From Catajapyx aquilonaris (lineage: Eukaryota), in the NCBI GenBank assembly GCA_000934665.2, contig KZ538041.1:1-64000 (forward strand): a DNA stretch of 64,000 nucleotides. Reading direction: 5' to 3'. Made by a program: the position numbers and the translations under genes. The stretch's first letter is position 1. Every line of letters starts with the position of its first letter. Positions 1 to 11,500 of this stretch are shown piece by piece. The notes below the pieces were generated by a model. That model was not told the origin of the DNA and searched no databases. It saw only the letters and a list, made by a program, of their open reading frames with translations.

Positions 1-429
1 AGTCCTCCTGAGATTTTTTTCTATGTGAGGGAAAGGGTCTGAGCTACAACATTATTTAAAAATCGGATTTTTAAAATAGGCGGATTTTTTTTTTTTTTAA
101 TTTGAAATTTTGAAAATGGGACAAAATTTTCAAAAAAGTCAAAATACGAATTTTCAATCCTTAGTGAGATTGGGCTCTCGAATCTCTTCAAAGGGAGCGG
201 TCTGCGACGTCTGTAGCTCAATTGGTTCACGAGATATGACCGATTTCTGAAACCCTACCTTCCGAAAATGACGTTTTTTTCGGTGGGCCTATCTCCGGGG
301 AGGGGGGGTAAATCTCAAAACCGCGCAAATGGTATTTTTGAAAGACGTAATTAAAGCGATTCGCCAATTTTCGTCAAAATCTGACAACCCAAGGGTCAGG
401 GGGCTCGGTGAATTGACATGGAATGACCC
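1..429. mobile_element. Probable right end of a non-autonomous DNA transposon/MITE inside a golgin intron
   Basis: CpG-rich block ends abruptly at ...GGTGAATTGACATGGAATGACCC (429), a TIR-like end (revcomp GGGTCATTCCATGTCAATTC). The partner TIR is not in the window, so the family is not assigned. Confidence 0.35.
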
Positions 430-688
430 ATGTAGATGTGTGGATATTTTGGGAGGAAAAGGACACTCCTGGCAAAGAACAAAGGATGGGTGATTAAAAT
501 AGTATATTAATGATTTCATTTGATAAGATTTTTAATAGTCACTTTTGTGAACACAAGTTTGTATTGAACCTCTGTTGATCAGTCATATTATGGTAACAAT
601 GCACATTGACATTGGGTGAGACAAACTTACCTCCAGCCACACACGAAAAATAAGATTCCTATTATTCCTTACAATTCCCAACAATTTA

Positions 689-1689
689 TAGTGAAACCTG
701 CCCATTACAGACCCTGGGTATAGCGGAAACCTATCCATTGCGGATTTTTTTTTCTGGGAACATGCGTATGCATAGGGCATGCCATGTATTTTTTGATGGA
801 TATGACAGAACCCGTCCAACTTGGAAATGGAAGGGATTTTTGGCTCCATTCAACGAAAACCTCTGTTCATAATAGAATTCAAAAAGTTCACATTATCTTC
901 TGCGAGTCACAAAAATAGAAACTACAGCTGGGTTCACTCTCGGCCCTCCCAGGAGGCCTCTGAGTAACCCTTCCTGTAGTATCCGACACCATACTGTGTC
1001 TCATAATTGCTGGAATTGCTACCAACTTGTGGCCTTGAAAATAGGCATATTGGTCAGGAAAAGGGGACTTTTTTCATTTGAAAATTGACAGAAGGCTTGC
1101 GGGAGGGCCAAGAAGATTGTGACTTGTGATTCGTAGCCTTCAAGTTTAGTTCACTGTTCAGTCCAGATTTAAAAAGTCGGAAGAGGAAGGGGTTTACACA
1201 GGCTCAACGTATTGCCCATGTCCTGGTCTATGATCCAATAGAGCAGGCAAAATTAATAGCCCAAAAACTTGGTGTGGCAAAATTTAGTGATTCAAATGGG
1301 TGGCTGCAAAGTTTCCACGACAGGCACGGAATTTTGTGGAAAACAGTGTGTGGTGATGCAAGTGTTGTGAATCTCAAAGTTGGAAATTGGAAGAAGGTGG
1401 GAAGCATTTGTTTGGGGTATTCCAAGGAGGGCATTTTCAACTGCAATGAAACTGCCAATTTTAGATGTGCAGTATGACAGGCAAAACAGACTATTCCACA
1501 AAAATGCTACTGTGTGGGCTGATTTTGCACTATATTGGGGTAAGGTGCCTTTTTTTGCTCTCCCATTTTCCTCGCTTTCTCATAGGCAAAAAATAGCAGT
1601 ATTGTCCTTTATCTGAATATAGCTGAAACTTGTCCATTACAGAAAACTTTTGGGGTCCCACGCGATTCCACAATACACAGGTTTCACTG
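689..1689 (+). mobile_element. Decayed Tigger/pogo-type DNA transposon
   Basis: TA|TAGTGAAACCTG (689) ... CAGGTTTCACTG|TA (1689): inverted ends with TA TSD. Internal ORF 1274-1477 FSDSNGWLQSFHDRHGI..CGD..IFNCNETA resembles the CENP-B-type HTH (ASxGWLxxFKxRHGI) and the start of the pogo DDE domain (IFNxDETG). Subterminal repeat GAAAC(C/T)TG(C/T)CCATTACAGA at ~692 and ~1625. Confidence 0.8.
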
Positions 1690-1722
1690 TACTAATACTG
1701 TGCCTTAAAATGTCATTTTCAG

Positions 1723-4700
1723 TCCTTATGTAAAGAACGATCATCTTTGGCCCAAGCAGTAAGAGATTTAGAGTCTCAGCTTGACACCACCAGGAGTGCC
1801 CTGGAGGATGCACACACCAACCTGTTGGAGGAGAAACGCCATGTGGAAGAAGCCCAGGGAAGGCTGAGTGAGGAGAAACGGATTCAGTCTGAGTTTCAGC
1901 AACAGTTGGACCAGGCCAAGCAGGACTCGAAGCAACGTAGCCTTCTCAGCTTGGAGATGGATGCTTGCGAGAGTCGCGTGGCTGAGCTAAATGCCCAGGT
2001 GGAGAGAAAAGGGGCAGCAGTGGCTGTGTTGGAGGCTGAACTTGAGAAAGAGAGGGTCAATTCTGCAGGTCTTGCCGAGCAGATCAAGGTAGTGGAGGAC
2101 CGACTGCAGGGCGAGATGGATCGTGCAGATTCACTCAAAGTAAGTTGAGAATGATATTGTGTTATTATGGTGCATTGAGTTCAAGGCATTATTTTGGTCT
2201 GAGGAAAAGGCATAGCATAATTATTAACGTCAATTTCAGGATCGTCTGACTGAGGCCCAGCAGCAAGTGTCAGACACAGAGAAAGCCCGACTTGAGGAGG
2301 AGCATCTGGGCCATCAACTACGCTTGGAAAAGGAAGGCTTGAGGTCAGAACTGGAGGCAACCAGAACAGAGATGGCAGACCATGTGTCTCGTGCAGAGAG
2401 GGCATCTGAGACTGCCCGCAGGCAACAACAGGTGTTACAGGGACAGACACAACTTCTGCAGGAGAAGCTGGACTCACAAGGGGAGCTGCTTCGAAGCACA
2501 GAGGCAGAACTGAGTCGTCTCAAGACAGAGTTTGAGTCATACAAGGTGCAGCACCTAACTGATAATTGCTTCCTGTGGTGTGCAGATGCAAATTTAGCAG
2601 TTAGCAGTAGTAAAAATACAGTAGGGGCATTTTTGAGGGAATTTGATTTTTTTGAGGCGAAATGAGGCGTTAATCTGGAAAAACACGACCTAGGGCACCT
2701 ACGCAAAGGTTTGGCCTTTACAATGATATCATACTCGACATGATTGCATTAAAATTGTGGACATACGTCCACAGAAATGTGTCCGATTTTCACACGATTT
2801 CTGCCGCCATGTTATTCAAAAGGACTTTTAGAAAGCGTCGTTTTCCACTCACTTCAACTCGTCCTAAATGTCACTTTTAGGACGAAAATAGGAAAAAGAC
2901 GACCTAGGGCACCTGCACCAGATCATCTACTATTTTTTGGTGCAATTTCTGTGTCCATTGATTTACGGCCATACTTCCACAGAAATGTAGACATGTCGAA
3001 TCCCCATATGCTGGCCATGCATAAGCCAGTTTGTTTAGGTCGTCACCAAGGGCTTCATTGTTACCGTCTTCTTTTGCTACTGCGCCGCCTTAAAGAGTCT
3101 TGTTACAGGTTAGGGCACAGAGTGTACTGAAACAGCAGAGGGAAGTGAGTGGTTCCTCGGAGAGAGTGAAGGGAAGGGCCGAGGTGGAAGAAGCAGAAGC
3201 AGAGAAGCAGCAATTGCACAGGATGATACAGGCACTGACAGAGAAAGTAGAGGGTCTGCGGGTGCAACTGGGTAGCCAACAGTTGGAAGTTGCAAATCTC
3301 CAGGAAGAAAGGAATCAAATGGCAAGTAAAGCTAAGCAGGCCGTAGCTCAACACGAGGCACTTCAAAATCGACTCAAATTACGAGAGGAAGCACTCATGA
3401 AAGAGGTGAGATATATTTTTATAAACCACCTTTATTTCTTTGAGATAATATCATAGGTGCAGTACCCAAATGCATTTGTAACATGTTGGTTACATTTGTA
3501 CGTTTAAAATATTTTATGGCTTCTCACTGGAAGGAAGGAAACAAAATGTGATGAATTTAGATGAATTAATTTTGATATTCTGGTACTTTACCTTTTTATT
3601 TAGAATGAGGAGAGATCACTTTTGTGGGGATTTTTCATGAATTCGCCCGTGTTTGCAGGTGACACAAGCTAGAGAAGAAGTTAAATCCATCCTGACTGAG
3701 TGTCAAGTGCAGAAGGAAAACCTGTCTTCTTTTCATAAGGCTCATGTGGCCAATCTTGAGGCAGAGCATGAGCTGCAAATGGCTGATATGCAACGAAAGA
3801 TGGCTGAAACCGAGGCCAGGTCACAGCAAAAGGGAAGCCAACATCAGCCTGAATTTAGTAAAGAAACAAAGGAGGAGACATTGGGAGGAGGAACAGGACC
3901 TCCACCACTTTTGTGGGAGCGGGAAGAAGGAGAGGTAAGTCCTGTAGTGGAAGCATATCTTGCGGTACTAAGAGAGCATTACTTGTATTGCAGGGATCTG
4001 AGAATGTGAATCCATCTCAATCTGGGATGGCAGCATTGACTCCAGCACGAACTTTTGAGCCAGTTCCTCTTGAAGATTTGCTGAATAGTACTGGTGGAAC
4101 TGGAACTGCAGATGATCACATGAGTAAGAAAAATAACACATCATTATTGACAATTGTTCATTAGAGCTAGCACCTATTGGAATTCCTTTGATTTTGTAAA
4201 TCGCATGCCTAACGCATTTCGTGATCGTACCATTTAAAAATTGCAGGTGTGGTCAGTTTGGGCTCGGTGTATGATGAGCACCGAGTTGAACGACTTGAAA
4301 GCAAGGTGGAAATGTCTGAGAAGCAGATATGTCACCTGAGAGCCCTGCTGACTGAGGCAGAAGCAGAAGGGGCTAGGAGAGCAGAACTTGCAGAAGCTCT
4401 TAAAGATGAGCTCAGGCGCCAGCAGAGAGCAGAGGAGAGGCTCAGACATGTAGAGAACTCAGAGTATCTCAAGAATGTCATCTTCAAGGTACTTCCACAT
4501 AAAATGCTTTTGGATAAGTGTCCCAGAATTAACCGACTCTATGCGTTGAGTTTGTGATGACTTTTCTGGAAGCTTTGGTGTTGTATGGCTTTCACATGCA
4601 ACAGTCTGCCTCAAGTTACTACTAGAGCTTGCTCTTTTGCTGAATTTTTTTGCTGAAGGAAATTGTTCAGGTATAGTTAAAAGTATTCTTAATGACCATA

Positions 4701-4996
4701 TTACCAATAAGTACATGTAATTGTTTGTGGCATCATGCAAGAGCTCATGGAGTGTCATTTTACTTCAGTTTTTGACCCTACCTGGTGAAGGAGAAAAGGA
4801 GAGATTGGTTCCCGTCCTAGCAACCATGTTGCGGTTGAGTCAAGATGAAACTGGAAAGCTGATGGCAATAGCAAAAGGTGAGTTTCAACAAAGGTGATAT
4901 GAAGTGCAATTAATTATTTCAATTCCAGGAGGTGCCGAGAGTAGCGTGAAGAGTGGTTGGAGTCGATACGTCCCTCTCTGGTCAAGTCCTCAATAG
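1723..4996 (+). CDS. GCC2: GRIP and coiled-coil domain golgin GCC2/GCC185, 3' part (5' exons outside window)
   Basis: Exons approx 1723-2139, 2240-2545, 3109-3405, 3659-3933, 3994-4122, 4247-4488, 4769-4877, 4929-4996 with GT-AG introns. Long coiled coil, EFESYKVRAQSVLKQQ, REEGEGSE, GRIP domain ENSEYLKNVIFKFLTL..EKERLVPVLATMLRLSQDE, and GCC185-type tail SGWSRYVPSWSSPQ*. Confidence 0.88.
2677..2988. repeat. Degenerate ~210-bp direct repeat in golgin intron
   Basis: GGAAAAA(C/G)ACGACCTAGGGCACCT at 2677-2700 and 2891-2914; CATAC(G/T)TCCACAGAAATGT at 2762-2780 and 2970-2988. Confidence 0.7.
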
Positions 4997-5283
4997 TTTG
5001 CTGCTCTCGTAGCTTTGCCAAGGCCAGTATTGTACTTTAATGCATTCCTGTGATATGTGACCTGCGGTGCACTTGACTGAATAGTACTTGTGTGCCATCA
5101 GCATTGTTTTGAGTACATGCTTTAATATGCAGGATGCAAGTTAGGTGAGGAACACTGATGAAAAAAGCACTGCAATATTGTGTTGCTGTAAATATGCTAT
5201 TCCAAAAGTAATGATCCAAAGCGCCTATAAGTTAATACAAATTGTGTGATATTTTTGGGGGGAGAGAATGATTATGTATGTGA

Positions 5284-5326
5284 AATAAAAACCATAACAT
5301 AGATACAGTAATGTGGTAAATTTATT
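5284..5326. terminator. Back-to-back poly(A) signals of convergent GCC2 (+) and filamin (-)
   Basis: AATAAA on + at 5284-5289; AATAAA on - at 5326-5321. Confidence 0.55.
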
Positions 5327-5596
5327 ACAACTCTTGAAACAGTGAGAACAATAACATATGATATTTTTTTAAATTGCAACAGTATAAGTACTCTGTTTTT
5401 GACCAAAACAAAAATAATAGTAATCCCCCTGCTGGCATTTCAGTATTAGCTTGAGAGTCAATACACTTTTGTTAGGTGTGACCATCAGATCTAGTTTTGT
5501 AGCTGCAGGTGGTGATTGACAATGTTTCCTCCGTTATTGCAATTGTTTACGTCTTGCACATGGTTAATTTTGTAAACCAAACTTTGAGGCAAATGC

Positions 5597-8500
5597 CTAC
5601 AGCTGAGCCTGGGAACCACGCCAGGACATTTGTCCAAAACTCATGTGGCCAACACCAGTTGAGTAACCATTGCTTCCATAAAATTCAGAGCTGCCTGTAG
5701 CTCCTGGTTGGGGTGAGTAGTTTCCCTGCTTAAGGATGTAAAAATTATCCACCGTACCAAATAATCTAGCGCCTGTGGAAGTAAAGCTCACCTGCAAGAA
5801 CCTATTGAGCTCTTCCTGTGTGTCAAAGATCATAACTAGGAATGGTGATCCTGGGACATGTTCTCCTGCCCACTTGACCTCGACCCTATAATCTCCTGGT
5901 TCAGTTGGATCAAACTTGCAGAGGATGGTGCGGTCTTTTTGGCTCTCCCGCTGCATCTCAACTCGGAAGGCACCTGTTTTATGTTCAATGTTAAAAGTAA
6001 ACCCTTTTCAAGTTTTTCAGAAAATGTTTCAGACATTCCAGGTGTCTGACTGACCTTTTGGTCCTCTAATCCGGACCGTCAGCTGTCCAGCACCAGCACC
6101 CCTGGTGTCACAAATGAACCTGCTCTGGAAGATGGCCAGCACTCCATGCTCAATCCCAGGCCCATAGACCCTTACTTTGCTCGCATCTGGTGCACCCAAA
6201 ACTCTCAATGGGAATGGACTTCCTGGAACGTGATCACCTGAAAACGAAACACGCAGCAATGAACATGACTTAGCGTCACTGGTAAAGGGCATTGTTAGAC
6301 GTACTCACCGCCATATTTGACAGTAAGGGTATGTTTCCCTGCTTCCTGAGGTCGGACATTGAGTGTGAAGGTGCCATCCCCATGATCATACAATTCACAG
6401 TATGCTCCTCTTCTGGGTCCAGCGCACTGTGCAGTCAGCTCACCTGGACCTGCTCGACGTGTGTCAATGAAACTGCGAATGTCACGCCCAACAGTACCCA
6501 CACGGAGACCATCACCTGTGCATACAACTTTAGATGCATCAGCACCAGATGCTACATTGATCTTGAGAGGACATCCCTTCACTTGCCTGAAAGTGTAGGG
6601 TCATTATTGTTCAACCAGTTCAATAGGCTACTCACACTTTTCATGTTAATTGATTCTGACATACCGTCCTGCCCATGTGACATTGAGTAGATAAGTGCCC
6701 ACCACTGCGGTGGAGTAGATAGCTTTGTAAATGCCACCTCCTACTGGTTGGACCTGTACTGGCACACTCATCTCGGCCTTGGGGCTCGTAATGCTAACTT
6801 CAGGTGAACCTATGGTGATTAGAGAGGGTCAGAAAATGTTTAAAACAAAATGTGATGACGTCCACTCACCTGGTCCTGCTTTTCCTCCGTCTATGGTAAA
6901 CTCAGCTTCTTCACCACACCTGGCCGAGGCCAAGCCACGACCAGTCAACACCACTTGACCTGCATCACCCCTGTTGAGGTCAGGTGAGTCATCCGCAGGG
7001 ACAGTTACAGCAATAGGTGAGTTTGGCAGAGGAACTTCACTCCATAGGATGTGTAGCTGGTGATCGCCTGGTGATGTTGGAGTCATTCCTAGTCGGATGC
7101 GAGATGGTGGGATTTGTTCCAATGGGCATTGGATTATGCCAGATGGGCTCTGCAAATCCGCTTTCATTTGACCTAAAGAAATCACATGTTTCATAATTGA
7201 GTGTGCCAATAATAATACAAGTAATCATAATTCCTATTTACCAGGTCCTGCCTCTCCCACTTCAAAACTAATTCGTTTCTCTTTTCCAACAGCAAGAGGG
7301 ATTCTCCCATGTGTGTCCATGATGGAATCCCATCCACCTATGACCCTGATCCTTACTGGATCCACCACCCGAGGGTGGAAGGGCGAACCAGCAATCTCCC
7401 TTCCGTTCCAGAAGACCCTGACATCAAACACCCCGACCTCTTGAGGTGTGTAGGAAGCCAGGTAGACCCCAGACTCTGGTTCCACCTCCTTCACCTCGCA
7501 GATAGCAACACTGTCTGGACCATCAACCTGCACTTCAGGCTGGCCAGAGATACCTCGGGTGTCCAGGCGGAAGGAGGTCAGGCTGCCAACCTGAGCATGT
7601 GTCAGACCAGGGCCTGACACCTTTGGAGTACCCTCTTCTTCCACAAGGAATGTTATGGGAGAGCCTGGAGTCACATGTGAGTTATCATCTCTGGTGTACC
7701 ATAATAATATATCTTTAGATATTGTGCAAGATTTTACCTGAGACTTCGTCTCCTCCATAAGTGATTGCAAATTTGTATCTTCCTGGAACAGATGGGCTAA
7801 ACTCTATCAGATCTGCCTCTTGATGATCTCCGACTCCTTTTACTTCTATGGGCAAGTTTCTTCCCAAAGGACTGGTCACTACAACCTCAAGCTCTGCAAA
7901 TCCTGCTTCTTCACGACTCACTGTAACATTTAGTAAGTGCCGGTTTTTACAGTTTTGTTCATTGGACATAGCCTGGCAGATATACTCTCACCTTTGAAGA
8001 CAATGTTTTCTCCAACAACTACGAAGGTGTCTTTAACCTCTACAATCTTAACACGAGTGGGATCAAACACTTGGCAATAAAAGGGCGATCCACGGATGGC
8101 TTTTCCATCTAGAGTAACTTCAATCTTGCATATTCCTAAGTAGAATAAGAATAATTATTAACACCTGCCGTGAATAAAATTTTTGGATGGCTTCGAAGGG
8201 ATGGAATGCAATACTGACCGGCTGTAGTTGGTTGAAATTCAGCTAGCAGGTTACCATCCCTTTGTTGGTAACACCTCACAGGCACGACCTCTCCTTTGGG
8301 TCCACTTATCACCACATCAAAGTCCTGTGCTGCGGCTCCAAGAGTTGAAATGACAAAAGCTGCTGACCGTCCAATCCTGGCTTGGTGTAAACCAGTCCCC
8401 GAAGCTGTCACTGCTTGTCCTGATGCAGGGTCTCTCACTGGTACCTCCATTGGGCTCCCTGTGAATTTACATTAGTTGTAATACACAGAACAGGCACTGA

Positions 8501-11500
8501 CGTTTACAGCATTTACCTGGAATAGGGACTCCGTTGAATCGAATGTCAACTCGGTGAGGGACTGGCATTCTGGGGGTGAATCTGATCTCATTTGAATCAC
8601 CACCTACAGCACGTACTGAATGCTTAACAGGCTTTCCAACAGCTCGGACTGAAACAGTCAGGACTCCCGAACCAGCTGAAGCGGTGCTTACTGTAAAAAT
8701 GGACAACCGTTAACACATGCATATGTTCAGATCAATTTAAAAAATTAATCAGCTGTAGTCTTGCCTCTAATAGTGGCTTCTTTCCCAGCAACTGCTTCTG
8801 CTAGTGCAGCAGCCACAACCTTCTGGGGATCGAAGGCCGACACAGAGTATGGCTGCTTTCCTATGGCCTGTCCTGCTTGGAAAACTGTCACTAAATATGC
8901 CCCAACCCTATCAGCAGTGTACTCTGCACGGTACAGCCCATTTCCAAGTTGACCTAGGCGGCATGGAATCTCCAGACCATGTGGACCTGGACAAGTCGGG
9001 CTGTGAGTCTCTGTTCTATTTAGTACTATAATTCCTTGCTCACCTTGCACACGCACATCAATGTCACTCATGCCCTTGGGATCAACATGGAAGAATGCGG
9101 GGCTGCCAACCTGCACTTTCTGCAGACCATCACCCATAGCAGACACATTCCTGGATGCCTTTCTCTGCAGTTGCCGTGCTTCCTTGGAATCTGGTGCTGA
9201 CACCTGGCAGCGGAATGGGCTACCTGTTTGCCAAAAGTTACACGTTTAAAAAATAGTGCAACTTTCTAAAAATTTGATATGAAAGTTGATTCTAAATCCA
9301 TGTCACAGAAACATGTTATGATAACATTGCAATAGTACCTGGAACATCCTCATCATTGAAGGTGATGTTTACAAAATGTGCTGATGGCTCATGGGGGACG
9401 AATGTGACGTCATATAGGCCTCTGCTCCTTGCTGTGACTTCAGCTCGAACTGAAGCTTTGCCTGAGGTTACCACCAATTCCAGTGTTCCTTCGCCTGCTT
9501 GTGATGCATCAACTGTGAATGTGACAGGCTTTCCGATCTTTGATGCCCCTAGCCCAGTAACCTTGACTTTGTTGACATCATAAACATTGCAAATAAATGG
9601 GCTTCCACCAACAGGCTCATTGTCCAGCAAGACTGACACATTGTGTGGACCTAGAATGACAGCATGATTTATTAAGTCATGAAAATGCTGTTCATTAGGG
9701 AAAAACAGCAGTAGCTTTATTATGAAGAAAATGACGTACTGTCATTGGATTATTTTTTCTGGAATGTTCACACTTACCAACTTCCACAGGGACAAACTCA
9801 GCATGAAACTTGGAGTGTGCAGATCCCGACACTGACACTGGTAGAGATTGTCCGGATGGTGACAATATGGAAACAGTACATTCAGACACCTCCAGTCCTC
9901 TGGGATCAACTGTAACCAAGCTGCTCCTGCCCAGGGCTGCCATTTTCAAGCCAGGACCAGCCACAACCACCTGGCTACTGTCCCTCACCTTGCACGTGAA
10001 TGGAGAGCCTGGAAGGGGGCGTCACCAGTTTGATCACAAGTGAAAACAATACTGATATAAGTTGCCAGTCAACCTTTGCTCTTAGCTGAGATTTGATATG
10101 TTCTTAATCACTGATAGATTGCAACTGAAGCTGAGATTTTTTGTTACCTGGGACAGGTTCACCATTGAATCGCACGCTTAGCGTGTGGGGAGCTGCTTCG
10201 CTTGGCTTGAAGTTGACACGAAATCTGGCATTTCCTTCTGCTTGGACATAGTTGGGCACGTTTCTGCCACCTACTGAGACAATTATTTCCAGATTTCCAG
10301 CTCCTGCTTGCCCAGCATCAACTGCAATGGAATTGTAGTAAGAATGTTACACCCTGTGAAGGAGAGTGGTTGAGATAATTGTACAACCCATGCTTATCAT
10401 CAGACAACACATTTAACATGGGAAATCACAGAACTGATTGTGAATGAGGGGTGGTTTGTGTATGTTTAGCTTTAGTTCAAATACACTGTGTACACTGCAA
10501 GTGATACAGTGTCACTTAACGACTTAATTAAGTTTATGCACAAATTGTTAACCCCTCTGAACAAATCAATCAGGACACATTGTGTGCCCACATTGTGACG
10601 GAAAGTAAATGAAATAATTTTTGCAAAACTTCGGCAATACTCACTGCTGAAGTAGAGGGGCTTCCCCACTGTGCCATTTGTGACATCGGTGACCTTGACC
10701 TTGGTGGCATCATATGCCTTCACCACGAATGGGCTTCCAGGGACAGTCTGGTCCCCCAGTTTCAGTTCTACTGTGTGGTCACCCACTTCGGTGGGTATGT
10801 ACTCTGCGTAGAATCGCCCCTCTCCCTGAGTGGAGATGGAGACTGGCAGCAAATGCCTGCTGGGTCCTGTCACATGGACCTCTGGTTCTCCCAGCTGTTG
10901 TGATGGGCTCTGCGCCTGGATAGTGATTTTGGCTGACTTGCCCACTGCCACCTTCTCCAACCCTTCCCCAGAGACGGCAACACGAGATGCATCTGCCACT
11001 TGGCATGTGAATGGAGATCCTGGAACACTTTCTCCATTGAATCGCAGTTCAACAACATGCGCGCCCGATTCCTTTGGGGTGAAGGATATTGCATATGTAT
11101 GTGGTCCCTGGGCCTGAGCAGAAGTCGGGACTTGGCCACCATTCACTGTCACCTCCAGGTTTCCAGGGCCTGCCTGGCTCGTTTCAACTGTTCAAATAAT
11201 GAACATGTAATTGATTAATATGTTCTGGTATTTGTTTCAATACTGGTGCCAGAAGGGTGACTATTTTCTCTAAGAACTCACCCAGGAAGGTGACTGGCAT
11301 CCCCAGTACCCCTCGGGGAGCCTCCTTGACTCGGATTGCTCCAACGTCATAGACTTTGCATGAGAAGGGTGAGCCAGCCACAGGTTGGCCTCCAAAAGCC
11401 ACGTGCACCCGATGCTCACCAGCAGCCCTTGGGGTGAACTCCACCTTGAAGGAGCTGACCTTTTCTGACCCCTCTTCATTTGCTGGCTCTTCCTGCCCTT

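Noticed and set aside
5560..5599. Filamin stop-codon readthrough
   Set aside because: A second in-frame stop follows after about 10 codons, and the context is not leaky.
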